This document shows, piece after piece, positions 63,925 to 64,000 of a DNA stretch of 64,000 bases. Position numbers and translations under genes: made by a program. The stretch comes from Candidatus Hadarchaeota archaeon (lineage in GTDB: Archaea; CAYQAE01; CAYVLA01): the NCBI GenBank assembly GCA_964621445.1, contig CAZUNO010000006.1:92336-156335 (forward strand), read 5' to 3'. Below the pieces are notes generated by a model. The model was not told where the DNA came from. It made no database searches and worked only from the letters and a program-made list of their open reading frames with translations. Position 1 is the stretch's first letter. Every line of letters starts with the position of its first letter.

Positions 63925-64000
63925 AAACTCGGGATGCTCCCAAGGAAACTAATCCTCGTCCAGTTTGCCTTTGGCAAAGTATCGTACTGTTTGATCAATT

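Noticed and set aside
63768-63998. Minus-strand ORF at the window edge
   Set aside because: Mostly antisense to the C-terminal part of the oxidoreductase pseudogene; cannot be judged without flanking sequence

Overview
Archaeal chromosome segment, probably from an uncultured lineage. It has archaeal RNAP subunits, aRF1, aEF-2/aEF-1alpha and intron-containing tRNAs. EF-1alpha lacks the TACK/Asgard/eukaryote GEFEAG insert, while RpoB is unsplit. Two intact informational blocks are present: (i) argS-aRF1-rpo5-vWA-MoxR-Nog1-DUF504 on the minus strand, followed by tRNA-Lys-rpoB-rpoA'-rpoA''-L30e-nusA-aIF1A-S12-S7-EF2-EF1a-S10-tRNA-Ser; (ii) S13-S4-S11-rpoD-tRNA-Leu. They alternate with accessory DNA of mostly bacterial-type genes: glycoside hydrolases, a sulfatase, an ABC exporter, Ku/LigD, BON and korAB. 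About ten accessory genes are visibly disrupted, mainly 3' of tRNAs. Highlights: a two-domain, eukaryote-like RPB5 moved away from rpoB; an AAA_5/MoxR + MIDAS-vWA pair directly behind Nog1 (possible split midasin-like module); a tRNA-Val whose intron folds in two splice registers (UAC vs UAG anticodon); a membrane KaiC-like protein divergent from a UbiA prenyltransferase; and a decaying Ku/LigD/PfpI/BON stress island. All assignments come from reading motifs by eye; no searches were run.
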